This document shows, piece after piece, positions 35,301 through 46,589 of a stretch of DNA of 64,000 nt. The first letter of the stretch is position 1; every line of letters begins with the position of its first letter. A program made the position numbers and the translations under genes. The notes beneath the pieces were generated by a model. It made no database searches. It was not told where the DNA came from and was given only the letters and a program-made list of their open reading frames with translations. Origin of the DNA: Marsupella aquatica (taxonomy: Eukaryota; Plantae; Marchantiophyta); the NCBI GenBank assembly GCA_973895155.1, contig OZ316893.1, positions 18,666,857-18,730,856 of the forward strand. The letters run 5' to 3'.

Positions 35301-36302
35301 GTTATCGTTAAGTTTCCGCGACTACGACTTTACGATCTTACGATCTTATGATCTTACGAACCTACGCTTTTACGAATTACGATCTTACGATACTACGGTA
35401 AACTTAACTTAGTTAGTTTTAGACCTTTTCATACTTGGTTTTCATTTTTGACTTTTTGAAGGGTCATGACTCTTCAACCCCCAAGGGTTTTTCCTCGATG
35501 TTTTTCACTATAAGTATCTTCCACTACTAATAAACAGAAGTAAGTAAGTCAGACATGACTTGTCGCCCCTTGGTGTTGTCCTTATGATTTTGGACTTTTT
35601 GAAGTTCAAAGCAGGCAATCCTAGGAGGGACTTACCTCCTTCTTGTATTTTGGAACCCAAATACTTGAAGTAAAACCTCAGTTATGAATCTCGTGAATTA
35701 TAATGTCAGATTCCGCTTTGGTGACACATTGTAATCTCACAAGTTCTTAGAGTTAACCCATTGAGTTTAAGTTGCATTGGAAATGATGTTTTCACCTTCC
35801 TGTTACTTAGTACCATCTAAATGCTGAAGTATTTATCCTTTTAGATCTTGACTAAGTATCACTTAGGAAGAAAGGTCAAGACATGTTGCCGGCATTTTAA
35901 AAGGATACTCTAGTATGCAGTTTAGATCTGAAAAGCCGTGTGGATTTGAATTCCCTTAAAGTCATTCCATTATTGCTTATGTCTAAGGAGTAACCTTGGT
36001 ATATTCCAAACTCCCTTAAGCATACTCTAAGAGATTTTTCCTTGTGTTTTGTTAATTGCAACCTTTTGCTTAATTGATGGTTATATGATGTTGAGTTATC
36101 ATCAAAAACTGCTCATCGCTGTGGAGCGATCTTCAAAGTACCTAATTAAAGTAGTCAAGATTGATTACTATGTGTGACACAACAGCTTAAAGCTTTATTT
36201 TTAGTTTATTACATCAAACCAACCCAATCTTGTTCTTAACGGGAACGAATACCGAGTTTAGAGACGTAAAAGAGTTCTTTTGGTTCTCTATAGCAAACTA
36301 CA
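32336..36302 (+). mobile_element. 3967-bp solo-LTR-like unit with an intact long ORF, inserted in Copia-1 RT
   Basis: TGTGG...CTACA ends with perfect 5-bp TSD GCCAA (32331-32335, 36303-36307). Copia RT sequence resumes on both sides. No terminal direct repeats. Confidence 0.9.
32685..35096 (+). CDS. Uncharacterised 803-aa retroelement accessory protein (N-terminal plant-mobile/transposon-protein-like domain, Ser/Pro-rich middle, aromatic-rich C-terminal domain)
   Basis: Uninterrupted ORF (GTG 32670, first ATG 32685). LGLEKLLRLPW, KRNGW...C and VNWALVFF motifs align by eye with the ORFs at 22978 and 3794. Confidence 0.85.
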   Translation: MATFDCDEEYLIDSVAIPKALVVRLPRTEESYESLRQSLRELGLEKLLRLPWTSELDTYLEDFVRGSIVASPSPTSIRGRPSKWTIDHFAYAFGCFADGEALLSPKDDTSTPYFSGTRNKRNGWNVSQCNHLELRILLEFLVPIFHPKKPTVCSISLANTIIAAHSGRVKVNWALVFFNVVRDQLRTLRANQSTQLQNYLAQLYSAFDCSLPEEVMERDYLMEEISKLWEQDEIMPTTAEEANVISPASPGSRASLHNSSPSDEVPMDLEALTTDVEMIDYPGIPSPPLSTGIGKFPIRLAQDDSNQTLISKVCALLNCDFHSLYETIEQLRHDAVTQVPPSALSSPDHENSPSSSPPAEIQLSIEELFAVKTVAQISVPSPTDLKETSPTNSEPPPCSSVEHHSCLKIVHELTTMLGCRSEEVTSIVDEFLDRPEPSRSPLPSSQFPYSPDSNYEPTDSLPHKSLHSTQPFSQQGFPFSEDSDPPSTPEYFFPYDIPVCDSPDQGFERVNAALRSNPNLVAVVTSSTQTPRNAIIYKMEPRTPEQQVQKYVTTCKIMHANTPPISEFWRFYYLKKAEASYIFDLRMIGTSRVELAQFDEYWTDSVYFRPILPVMFLQGDVEVDDPDLILAYLGNIAAYALDFLLIFLKQSNKSTTPDHSYIPTGPKVILTSTTSYEDKQRVWNNISTQQLTNYTRYFRDVQWKLRSSYNKMLSTEMFLQFYPSVYANSCNCLDVIGILREAIRINQCFLEKRMPLMYWGRQMRCLPYIRDQPHCDEVREAIRTRTIWKVEIRELEDIRQPKD

Positions 36303-36969
36303 GCCAAGTTGAATTCTTCTTCAAAGAATTCATCTCCTTCAACATCGCCTCCATCCACTTATCTTTTTCCAGAGAGGCCATAGCTTCTTCATAGCTAGAG
36401 GGGTCTCCATCTTCAGTGAGCAATATAACACCGGGATCATTGTCATGTTCAACTACATGAACACGGGGATCTGTAAAACCAAATCTATCAGGGGGTTCGC
36501 CAAGATTGGCCCTTGTGGAATGCCTTAATTGAGGAACTGCACCCCTACCAGAGGTTCCAACAACTTCCTCAGCACCATCAAGCTCCACCATAGTGGGTTC
36601 CTCCACCTGCTCCTCCTGATTATCCCAGGGTCTTGATAACCATTCTTCGTCAAAAACAACATTTTTGCTCACAACTGCCTTGCAATCGATAGGATTCCAC
36701 AATTTATAGCCCTTCTGCCCAGGACTAAAGCCTAGAAAAATACATTTCTTAGACTTGGGATCCAACTCAGACCTATGTGTTTTCTCAATATGAACATAGG
36801 CAGCACAACCAAAAAATTGGAGTCTAGAGTAATCAGCAGGTCTCTTCTACCACAACTCAAATGGAGTCTGCATCAACTTACAACTATGCGGTGACAGGTT
36901 GTAAACGTATGCAGCTTGGTTGACAGCTTCAGCCCAAAAATTGTTGGGCAACTTGGACTTACATAGCAT

Positions 36970-37254
36970 GGGTATGGCACCCATGACAGAAAACAGGAAA
37001 CAGGTTTAAAAGTAAACCCTAAACCCTAAACAGGTTTCCTGGTACCAGTAAAAATTTTCATGTTACCAACAAAAAATTACTGTTACCAGGAAAAATGACA
37101 ATCAAAAAATATTTTCAAAAAAGTCACATTTTCCAAAAAAAAATTTAAAAAAATTAAAATGACCACTCCTTTTCCTGTTAACAGTTTCTATTTCCTGTTA
37201 CCAGTTTATGTTTGCTGTTACCGTTTGCTATTTGCTGTCGTTTGTAAATACCTC
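36970..37254 (+). mobile_element. ~300-bp non-autonomous DNA element, copy 2, in the copia integrase
   Basis: GGGTATGGCACCC...GTAAATACCTC with TSD CATAGCAT. Confidence 0.9.
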
Positions 37255-39299
37255 CATAGCATGTTGCATGCTTTCTCCAATAATGTTCGGTTCAACCATT
37301 CTACAACTCCATTTTGCTACGGGGTCTCCGGTACAGTGTAATGACGCCTGAGGCCAAGGTCCCAACCAAATTGGTCAAACTCATTGGACTTATACTCGCC
37401 ACCGTTATCTGACCAAACACACTTCAACTCCTTGCTAGTTTGTAGCTCCACCATGGCTTTCCACTCCTTGAAGATCTCAAATACTTGAGACTTCTCCTTC
37501 ATGTAGTACAACCAACATATTCAAGAGTAATCATCAACAAACGTCACAAAATATCTAGCTCCATCCAACGACGGCTCTGGCGCTGGACCCCAAACATCCA
37601 AATGTACATACTCAAGAATCTCATGAGAATAGTATGAACTAGAACTGAAACTCACTCTCCTCTGCTTGCCATAGATGCAATCTTCACAGAAAGAGAGTTT
37701 ACCAGATTGAGCGCCTTGTAAAAAATCTTTGTTTGCCAAGGCTGCCAATCCTTTACCACTCAAGTGCCCCAACCGTGCATGCCACAAATCTATGGCTTGT
37801 GTGCGACCAGATGTTGAGGGTGCTTTGATTGAAGCAACCAAAGATAACTCTACGGCAGATGTTGCCGCTGCATCCAGATGTTCCACCACAGAATCCACAT
37901 GCCCCACTCGAGGAGCAATGACATCTCCTTACAAGATGTACAAATTATTCTGTCGTAGCACCTTAATCAAGGTATATCACCTTTGACGACAAAGAGCGCA
38001 CCATCACGTGCAGTGAAATGAGATCCACCAGCTTCCAAAGCACCCAAGGAGACCAAATTCTTAGAGATGTCTGGTATGTGCCTGACTTCTGTCAGTGCTC
38101 ACACAACGCCATCAAACATCCAGAATTTGATAGTCCCCATGCCAACGATCGCACATCGAATACCATTTCCGATTTCCATAGTACCAGAACAAGGTTGGTA
38201 ATTGGAGAAATACGATCGCGTTGGACACACGTGATAAGAGGAATCCAAATCCAACATCCATTTATTGTCATACACAGAATTCATAGCACCAATACATAGC
38301 ACTTCAACAACATCCTCATTATCAGCAATCACAATGCCAGCTGACGAGGAGGACGCACCATTGGAAGCAAGATGCTTCTGCTTTGACAGAGAAGGACAGT
38401 TCCACTTGGCGTGGCCATTCTCATGGCAATGCCAACACTGAACTTTCTTATTACGGGACTTAGATTTAGATCTACTTTGAGATTTAGATCTAGACAGGTC
38501 CATAGTACGCTCCGTTGATCTGCCTCTAACCATTAAGGCAGCAGATTCATCTTCACGGTCAGAAAGATGTCGCTTGCTCCATTTTGCAAGAACAATAGCC
38601 TTCATCGCATCCAGCTTCAACATAGTCTTGTCATGTGTGATGACCATTACCAACGTTGAAAAACTCTTTGGAAGCAACATCAACAAATGCATTGCAAGGT
38701 ACTCATCGGTCAACTTATCTCCCGCCGTGGTCACCTCATGCACAATCTCATCAAAGAGACTCAGGTGATCACGCATGTTTCCACCATCCTTCAACTTCAA
38801 CCTAAATAGCCGCTCCAACTAGTAAATACGAGTAGTCAATGGAGTACTCTGGTATAGCTGAGTAAGCGTATCCCAAATCTTCTTGGCATTCCAATCCATC
38901 CCCAACACATTCTTGAGAATGTTGTTGGCCAAGAATAACTCGATTGTACTACACACTTGCACCGACATGTCTTCCCACTCCTCATCTGTCAGAGTCGAGG
39001 GCTTCACTCTAGTGATGGTCTTCTCAAGACCCTGTTGGATCAACACGTTGGTCACCTTCCGAGTCTAGAGGCTAAAGCTGACCTTCCCATCAAACTTCTT
39101 CACCTCAAACTTTGGCGCTGCAAGCTTTCTTGAAGCAATGGATGCTTCCACAAACACACAAGAAACACAAGTACCGAACTACCTCCACTCAAAAATTTAC
39201 CAAAATTGGAAGTTGGAAAATTTGAATTTTGAATGCAACAGCGTAAACAATTTCTTCAAACTGTCTTCAATAAGAAAGTTATTGGCAAAACTATTTTTC

Positions 39300-39410
39300 G
39301 GGTCGCCCTTGGTTTGACCCTACTTAGGGTTGCCCTTGGGGCGAGGCTCCTTTGAGTCGCCCTTGGTTTGACCCTACTTAGGGTCGCCCTTGGGGCGAGG
39401 CTCCTTTGGG
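39300..39410. repeat. 54-bp tandem duplication in the Copia-1 leader
   Basis: GTCGCCCTTGGTTTGACCCTACTTAGGGTYGCCCTTGGGGCGAGGCTCCTTTG occurs twice. Confidence 0.85.
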
Positions 39411-40670
39411 TCACTCTCTGAAACCCTGACCTTAGTTTATTGTTCACTTGTGAGGGGCCCACCTATTCGCCTTATCACAATATAACACGTGCCGCTATGA
39501 GCACGATTGAGGTAGATTCTCAATCCCCAATCTTATCACTCAAAAATCCGTGCTCAGTTCTTGACAAGATAGGTAATGTCATCAGTTATCACTCACTTTC
39601 ATGAGTCTACCTGATATCAGCTACCACCTCATCTCAAAGAGGCCGCCAAGTTGCGATGCAAAAAAGAAAAAAATGAAGAAAACAAAAATCTTGAATTTTT
39701 CTTTAAAATTTGAAGGAAAAATTTTTTGTTTCGAAATTTTTTTTGCCATGAGGTGTCCGTACCGTACAGACACCTATCTCAGCGAGTCCAGCCAAGATGA
39801 GCAAAAATTTCCGAATTTTTTTTTTCAATTTTTTTTTTGAAAAATTTTGGGTTTTTTTTCCCCATTTTTTCGGTCCGTACGCCCATCTCGCGCAAGGTCA
39901 ACCGAAATTGAGTCAACCTCGGCTGCCCAGCTTAGGTGGGCGGAAGTTTGAAGGCCCCATCTCAACTCCTCAGCTGAGATTCTGAAATTTTTGGGATAAT
40001 AGATAACTGATGATGTTGTGTACCCCGTTCTTGACTAGCCAAAAGCAAATTGATCTATACAACCAATTGTTAGGATCCAACGATCCCCAATTGACTCAAA
40101 AACCGCAACATTTGAATGCAAAGATACACGAGAATTGTGGCACCGGTCGGAGCAAAACCTGTCACAAACTTAGCTATTTGCAAATCAGTTTGGTCGAAAC
40201 AACACCAGCACCCTCGCGACAAGGTGCTCAACCGTTCAACCACAAGCTCTAACAAGAACCCCAAAATCATGCAGAAATTCAGGTTGTGATGCTGCGCCCA
40301 ACTCTCCGTCACGGAACTACAAACCGTCAGAAAAAAACTGCAATCTTAAAGTAGCGATAACTCCCACAAAATAGCTCCGTAAAAGCCAATATTTGGCTCA
40401 AAATGTCTAGAACTCCGCAAGCTATCTGTTAATCAACTTCTTCCCTAGATTCAGTAGTTGATTCAAAACATCACATTGTAAACAAGCTTCCGGCCATCAT
40501 AACTGAGCAACCACGACAGAGATAACCGTCACCTCTTTCAAACAGGAAAACTCCAGCGCAAAGCGCCCAGTGCAACGATCATGCAATCATCGATAATGAT
40601 TCAATCTTTCACCCGATCCAACACACCGTACATTCTCCCACTACCCAATCAACCGAACGTCAAACACAAA

Positions 40671-40682
40671 GCTCTGATACCA
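40671..40682 (-). other. Primer-binding site complementary to initiator tRNA-Met
   Basis: TGGTATCAGAGC on the minus strand, 2 nt from the LTR end. Confidence 0.93.
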
Positions 40683-40684
40683 CT

Positions 40685-40980
40685 TGTTGGAAACCGTCAG
40701 CTCAGACTAGGCAGCAATGCGGAAACATGAGAATGCACACAATCTCAAACTACACCTACAAGACACCAATGATGGAGAAACTCTTGAAGGATCCATAGCT
40801 CATGAGAAAGAACATGTGAAGAATGAGGGAGAGAATGCTCTCCCTCCAACCTATACCCCCCGAGGGGGACTAAGATGTGTGGGCCTAAATAAGTGGATCT
40901 TATCCTAAACTAACCAAGGGTCAACTAACCCTAATAAGGCCAAACTAACTAAAGTCGGGAACTCGAGTCAATTCCTAACA
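40685..40980 (-). repeat. 5' LTR of Copia-1 (296 bp)
   Basis: TGTTAGGAAT...CCAACA on the minus strand. Matches 30772-30843 plus 6688-6786. Confidence 0.95.
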
Positions 40981-42943
40981 GTTTTCATATCACACCACGT
41001 ATCAAACTCTAGGATGAAATCATCCAAATCAATTGTGCCAACTGCACCAGAGTATCTCCTAGGGCCCTTAGTGGACCCATATGTCTCCTCCATTTCCCAC
41101 AACAATGGTGCAACTACCTGATGATGAGGAGAGTTGGTTATAGAGCCTTTGTCAAAATCACTATTTGAAACCCCACTGGTATCTGCTAGCAATGTTGTTG
41201 GCCAAAATTGCACTCCACTTCGAGTGAAACCGGTCCGTTGTTCACCAAGTAGCTTTGCATTATTGGAAGACTCTGTGATTCCAAAACCCTAGGCCACAGG
41301 CCGTGGGTTGTGGGTGCCTACCCACGCCACCAAACTGCAAGAGGCCACAGGCCGTGGGCTGTGGGTGCCAACCCACACAACCAAGATGAATCGGCCACAA
41401 GCCGTGGGTTGTGGGTGACTGGTACGCAACCAAACTGTGAGAGGCCACAGGCCGTGGGCTGTGGATGCCAACCCACACAACCAAGATGAATCGGCCACAG
41501 GTCGTGGGCTGTGGGTGTATACCCACGCAAACCAAACTGCGCGAGGCCACACGTCGTGGGTTGTGAGTGCTAGCCAACCTACAAGAGGCCACAGGCCGTG
41601 GGCTGTGGGTGCCAACCCACACAACCAAGATGAATCGGCCACAGGTCGTGGGCTGTGGGTGTATACCCACGCAAACCAAACTGCGCGAGGCCACACGTCG
41701 TGGGTTGTGAGTGCTAGCCAACCTACAAGAGGCCACAGGCCGTGGGCTGTGGGTGCCAACCCACACAACCAAGATGAATCGGCCACAGGTCGTGGGCTGT
41801 GGGTGTATACCCACGCAAACCAAACTGCACGAGGCCACACATCGTGGGTTGTGAGTGCTAGCCAACCTGCAAGAGGCCACAGGCCGTGGGCTATGGGTGC
41901 CAACCCACACAACCAAGATGAATTGGCCATAAGCCGCGGGCTGTGGGTGCCTCCCCACCAAGACTCTCTTCGCTCAAGTCATGGGCTAACCACGCCGCAA
42001 TTGATGGGCAAATCACTATTCACTATTTGTCGTTTCCTCTGTGCCCTAAGTCACAACCGCCTTGCCTCTCCGCGGTGCCTTATCTTATTGTGCGCCGCCA
42101 ACACAATTCACCAACATTCAACGTCATTTCCTTCATAGAAACGCACTATCCATCAACAAGGAACTTGATGCAAATCAGAATTGTATCCTACAAAAATTGT
42201 AAACATAATCGATTGTCGGGCTCCCAATCAAACTGTTTCAATCAAAACTACAAAGAGTCGCACATCCGACTACTTTCCCTTCACAAAATAGGATCAGACG
42301 CCATTGTCTATCTTGCACACAATTGTCGACAGCATTTGCTTGTCGATCACGTGATCAGTCCTCCACGATTCAGCAACGCATATCGATGAAGATTGCAACT
42401 CCAAAACCACAACTTAGCATGTTCAACTTGAAGCTTCACTTGCAACTACGCAAGTGCTGCACCAACTTGCAATAGATTGAGATACCAACAATCCGTTCAA
42501 TAACAACACCCGATCCAAACTACCATGAATCGTCAACAACAAAACCAAAAAATCGAACTTCTGTCTGCACAGTCCGCACAATAGAGTTTGAAGCCAATCT
42601 TTTGATGTATCTTCAAGAGCAATCAAACAGCGATTGATGCCAATCAAACACACAATCCTGTCCAACGCGATCACACACTTATGTCAAGCCAAATGCACCT
42701 TACGCCTCAAGGAATCCACGTTACGTACACACAACTAGACAACCACACCATAGCTGCTAGAGCTTGTGCTTGAAAGGCTCAACACCAAAAGATGAGCCCT
42801 TTGAGCCAACACAAAGAGATATATAACTATCCCTCATAAACATACACTAACCCTAAAATACTTAGATAACACACACATGAAAGCCTCAAACCTACATAGT
42901 CCGATATCCTATACTACCACTCATACTGGTGTGACACCCAACA
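40981..42943 (-). mobile_element. 5' portion of a gypsy-like element (probable LTR, leader and start of gag) interrupted by Copia-1
   Basis: Gag-like KGPRRYSGAVGTIDLDDFILEFDTWCDM is cut exactly at the copia LTR. Possible LTR ~42682-42943; boundaries are uncertain. Confidence 0.6.
41291..41950. repeat. Higher-order tandem repeat: ~48-bp subunits organised as 144-bp units
   Basis: Core GGCCACAGGCCGTGGGCTGTGGGTG is repeated ~14 times. The 144-bp period is seen at 41501, 41645 and 41789. Confidence 0.92.
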
Positions 42944-43616
42944 TAAAGTTGAGAGGTGGATCAACATATTCTTTGCCAAGGCCACCTAGCTCCGCGATGA
43001 GGCTTCAACCATGGAGGTTGACTTGTAGTCTACAAGTTTATTCAGCTTGCTAGGCAAGCGTGGAGCCGGGCTCCATTCCAGTGTACAAGTCTCCACCATC
43101 AGCCTGCTATTAATATTGAAGTTAAGTCAACCGTATGTATGTGCACACCAAGTTCTAAGAGTAAACTAAGTCACTCCCCATCATTTCCATCGTGTAAACC
43201 AAGATTGTATGTTGTACTTTGTGTGTGTTGGGTGCAATAATGTTGTCTCGTATGCAGGTTGATAAAGTTGGGTCGGGCATGGTATATCAATTTGCACCGG
43301 GTGCAGATTGGAGTTAGAGGCCACGAGTCCGGGTTGGCGGACGCATCCCATATTTGGGGATGGAAGGCAGGCAAGCACAAAGGCTTAGAAGTCCCTAAGT
43401 TGGGACTGATCGGGGAATTAAATCAGACAAGGGTAAGTTTTGGCGGCCAAAAAAACTATACCTGGGAAATATATACTTGCAGTAAAGTGCACTTAGTGCT
43501 AGTCCGTTGTGAATAAAGTGTGTTGCGCATCCCTCTTTGCCCGAACCCTCAAATACTAACAAATGTATGCCTCTTGGGTAGAAAACACACTTAGTGACCA
43601 ACTTGCGGGTGTGACA
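42944..43616 (+). repeat. Possible gypsy LTR fragment
   Basis: Ends GCGGGTGTGACA and shares CTYTGCCCGAACCCT-like sequence with the LTR end at ~6220-6235. Confidence 0.35.
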
Positions 43617-46589
43617 CAAGGATGTGACATAGTTTTTGGTTATGGTAATGCATTATATAAGCTCCAGGACCATCAAAGTCAAAGAAGTTGCCAAAAAAAA
43701 AGTACAATGCACAAGGAAATCTTGAGGTATGATGAGGGAGACTAGAAACAACCTGGAAGGTAACTTCTCATCAACACTTCATTTCAAGATGCCATTAAGG
43801 TGGTAAATCCATGAATCATTTTTGGAGAGAAATACTTTACTAGGATGATCACTAACTAAGGTGCTGTCAACACATCTCAACCTTTCTTTTCAAGATACTC
43901 AGTTGAGATTAGTAACCAATTCACTTCAATATTCAATTGGTACTTTGTATCACAAACAAGAGACACTGTCATTATCAAATTGAAGTCATTAATCTTTGGT
44001 GAGTAGCCAGTCTTTGCATCCCATGCTCAGGCAAAGGCACTTCAAAGATCATGCATTAAGAACTTTAGACCTATGTAGATCTCACCAATTAAGGAATCTA
44101 CTTCAACATCTTACACATTTTTTTTCCCAATGAAATCCCACGGGAAGGGTGGCCAAAGCAGCCAAAACAACAGCCAAAAGACCAGGGGCTAGGCTCGGAG
44201 GGAGACAGCCCCTACAAAGAGAGGCACGACATAGGGGACAAGAACTCAAGACAGAAAAAATGCCTAAAGCAGTGAAGGTGAAACGCCTAATGGGCCATCA
44301 AAGCCATTGGACCACAGGTCAATGATGGCAGCAAGAAGAATATCTACATTCTAAAGGACAACTGTCAATAGAACAATCAGTCAAAGGACCACTATCAATA
44401 GGACATTCAGTCAACAGAAAGGGCACCAGTCTAAAGAACAATTGTCTAGAGCACCTAAAGCCTAGACGAGCAACTGTCCTGGAAAAAGTCCCCTAAAAAA
44501 GTTGCAACATTTTCACCAAGTCACAAAAGCTTCCTTTCCTCCTAGCCATGCCGCAAGTCCTTGCATCGGTCGACTTCTGGTAGGGGGGGTGGTAGTAGGG
44601 CACCCGATGGTTTGCACCGGTCCACTTCTGGTGGAGGGGCTGGTAGTAGGGCACCTGGTGGTTCTCACCGGTCTGCTTCTGGTGGGGGGGGTAGGGTGGG
44701 GGTGGCACCGGGGCCCCTAGTGGTTCTCATCGGGCGGGTTCTGGTGTGGGGGTGGCACCAGGGCTCCTAGTGGTTCTCGCCATTCAGGGGCTGCAGGTGG
44801 CGGGAGTAGTGGGGCACATGCTACTTCTCGTCATTCAGGGGCTGGTGGTGGGGAGGGTAGTGGGACCCCTGCTAGTTCTCACCAGTCAATTGGGGATGGG
44901 GGCAGTGCCCCAGCTGACCAGTTAGGGGCCAACCAGGGTACTACGAGCGTTGGAGGCAGTGGCGGTGGTGTGAGTGGGTCTCACCAGTCGGGTGCCATCG
45001 GGGGTGATGGCTCTCACCACTCTGGCACCCAAGTGGGTAGTGGGGATGCATCCTTTCATACTTGCTCTGCTGGTGGGGGTGCTGCACCACCTTCGCATGA
45101 CTCAGGAGGTGTGTCTGGTGGTGATGCCCGTGGAAGTAGTGGTACAACAGGTCCTAGCACCACAGGTGCAAGTGGGTCACATGCCCCCATTGACGAGGCC
45201 CTAGAGGTAGTGCCAGCTGCTAGTACCCCACCATCAAGATCTCGCATCCGTTCCAAGAAAAGGAAGGGACGACATGCACCAGCATATGGATAGGGCAGCC
45301 TAGGATAGGCCCATATATAGGTAGGCATTTTGCCGATTGACTTAGAGTACACTTGTGCATTTAGTACTTACCATGTTCATTTGGCAAGGCCAGGCCATCA
45401 ATCCTCTTTTGTATATCTATTTTGGGGTCTCCCCTTTTTGATTATATATTTCTACCTTCTTTGCCTACACACAGATGTTGGGGTCTATGTGTGTCACCAT
45501 CTTAATACCCTAATTCAGCCCCCAAAATCCAATACAAACCCCAAATTTATGAGCCCTACTCTACTGCTTCCGATCTGCTTCCGATACTAGATTTGACGCT
45601 CAGTCCGATACACATTCCGTTGCTACCATATTTGCAATGTCCGATGCCACATCCTACGCACTTTCCAAATCGAACAATAACGCAACGTCCGATACTTATA
45701 ATTACGCAATTTCCGATTTCTAAATAAACGGATAAACCGATATTATAAAAATTGGACAATGATCACATGTGTACAATGCCTTGCATGCAGTAGTTGCCTC
45801 ATTTCCAAAACTCTCCGCATCAGGCATGATTTTATCCGATACCCTCTATGTCGGTCTATGTGATTACTATTGCATCGAAAAGTTTGAAGGAGATCTGATT
45901 GTTGGTATCCGATGGTAGAAACAATGGACAGTGCGATATAAGAAACATCGGAAATGTGGTTTTCTATGGTACATTTTTTTGAAGGGATCCAATGCCTGTA
46001 GAGTCGGAAAATGGCCCAATAATGTACTAGTGTAATCTCTTTTTCTTTTGTGGCTCCAACAGTTCTCTACGCATTCCTAGCCTCCTCTTGAACAGGCCCC
46101 ATGTGGCAATTATTCCTAGTAATCCTTGCCTCAAACTTGCTACAATCTCCAATGTCATCCTGAAATTGATCAAAGATAGGCGCTTCCACCCTATCCTCCA
46201 CCACATCCATCTCACATTTATCACACGCTCGCTGAGAATCCCAATCTGTAAATCCATCTCTCTCAATTCCCGATGGTTTGAGACCATACCACCTTTGTAC
46301 ATTGTCGTCTGGTTTTCCACAGCCAACAACATGAATAAGAGTTGGTTGAGAGCAGGATGGGGCTCTAACATCCTGGCTAGGTACCTCACTTGCAGTCAGA
46401 GGTTCCCTCACTAGCGCATCAGCAATGCTTCCCCTTGCAACAACATTCCCTTCAGGACTACCGCCTGAGTAAGACCAGTACTTATGATCACCACCTTCCT
46501 CTTTGTTCCTTTTTGCTCTATAGTGGACTTCTGCTCTATCTAATTTACTGGAATAAAAAGCAATAGTGCTTGAGGAGGCTCCTTCAAAT

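Larger units (their letters stand above)
30911..39150 (-). pseudogene. Copia gag-pol polyprotein, fragmented and interrupted by two insertions
   Basis: KFEVKKFDG; zinc knuckle CWHCHENGHAKWNC; WMLDLDSSYHVC; LWHARLGH..CEDC; VHLDVWGP; SDNGGEY; LYVDDML; RKSTTGYVF...ALSTTEAEY...HARTKHIDIRYHF. Confidence 0.95.
30772..40980 (-). mobile_element. Ty1/copia LTR retrotransposon (Tnt1/Tork-like), Copia-1, degraded
   Basis: 5' LTR 40685-40980, PBS TGGTATCAGAGC, then gag, protease, integrase, RT and RNase H in copia order, PPT at 30844-30858, and 3' LTR starting at 30843. Confidence 0.96.

Noticed and set aside
32336-36302. Interpretation as an endogenous virus or a host gene
   Set aside because: No RT, capsid, movement or replication motifs were recognised. 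The TG...CA ends, 5-bp TSD and similarity to another solo LTR point to a retrotransposon origin.
41291-41950. CRISPR-like repeat-spacer appearance, and the 213-233-aa ORFs on both strands
   Set aside because: The spacers themselves recur with a 144-bp period, there are no cas genes, and the context is eukaryotic. The ORFs arise because the repeat length is a multiple of three.
46020-46035. CTAGTG as a Helitron or CACTA 3' end
   Set aside because: No subterminal hairpin, matching 5' end or TSD was found.
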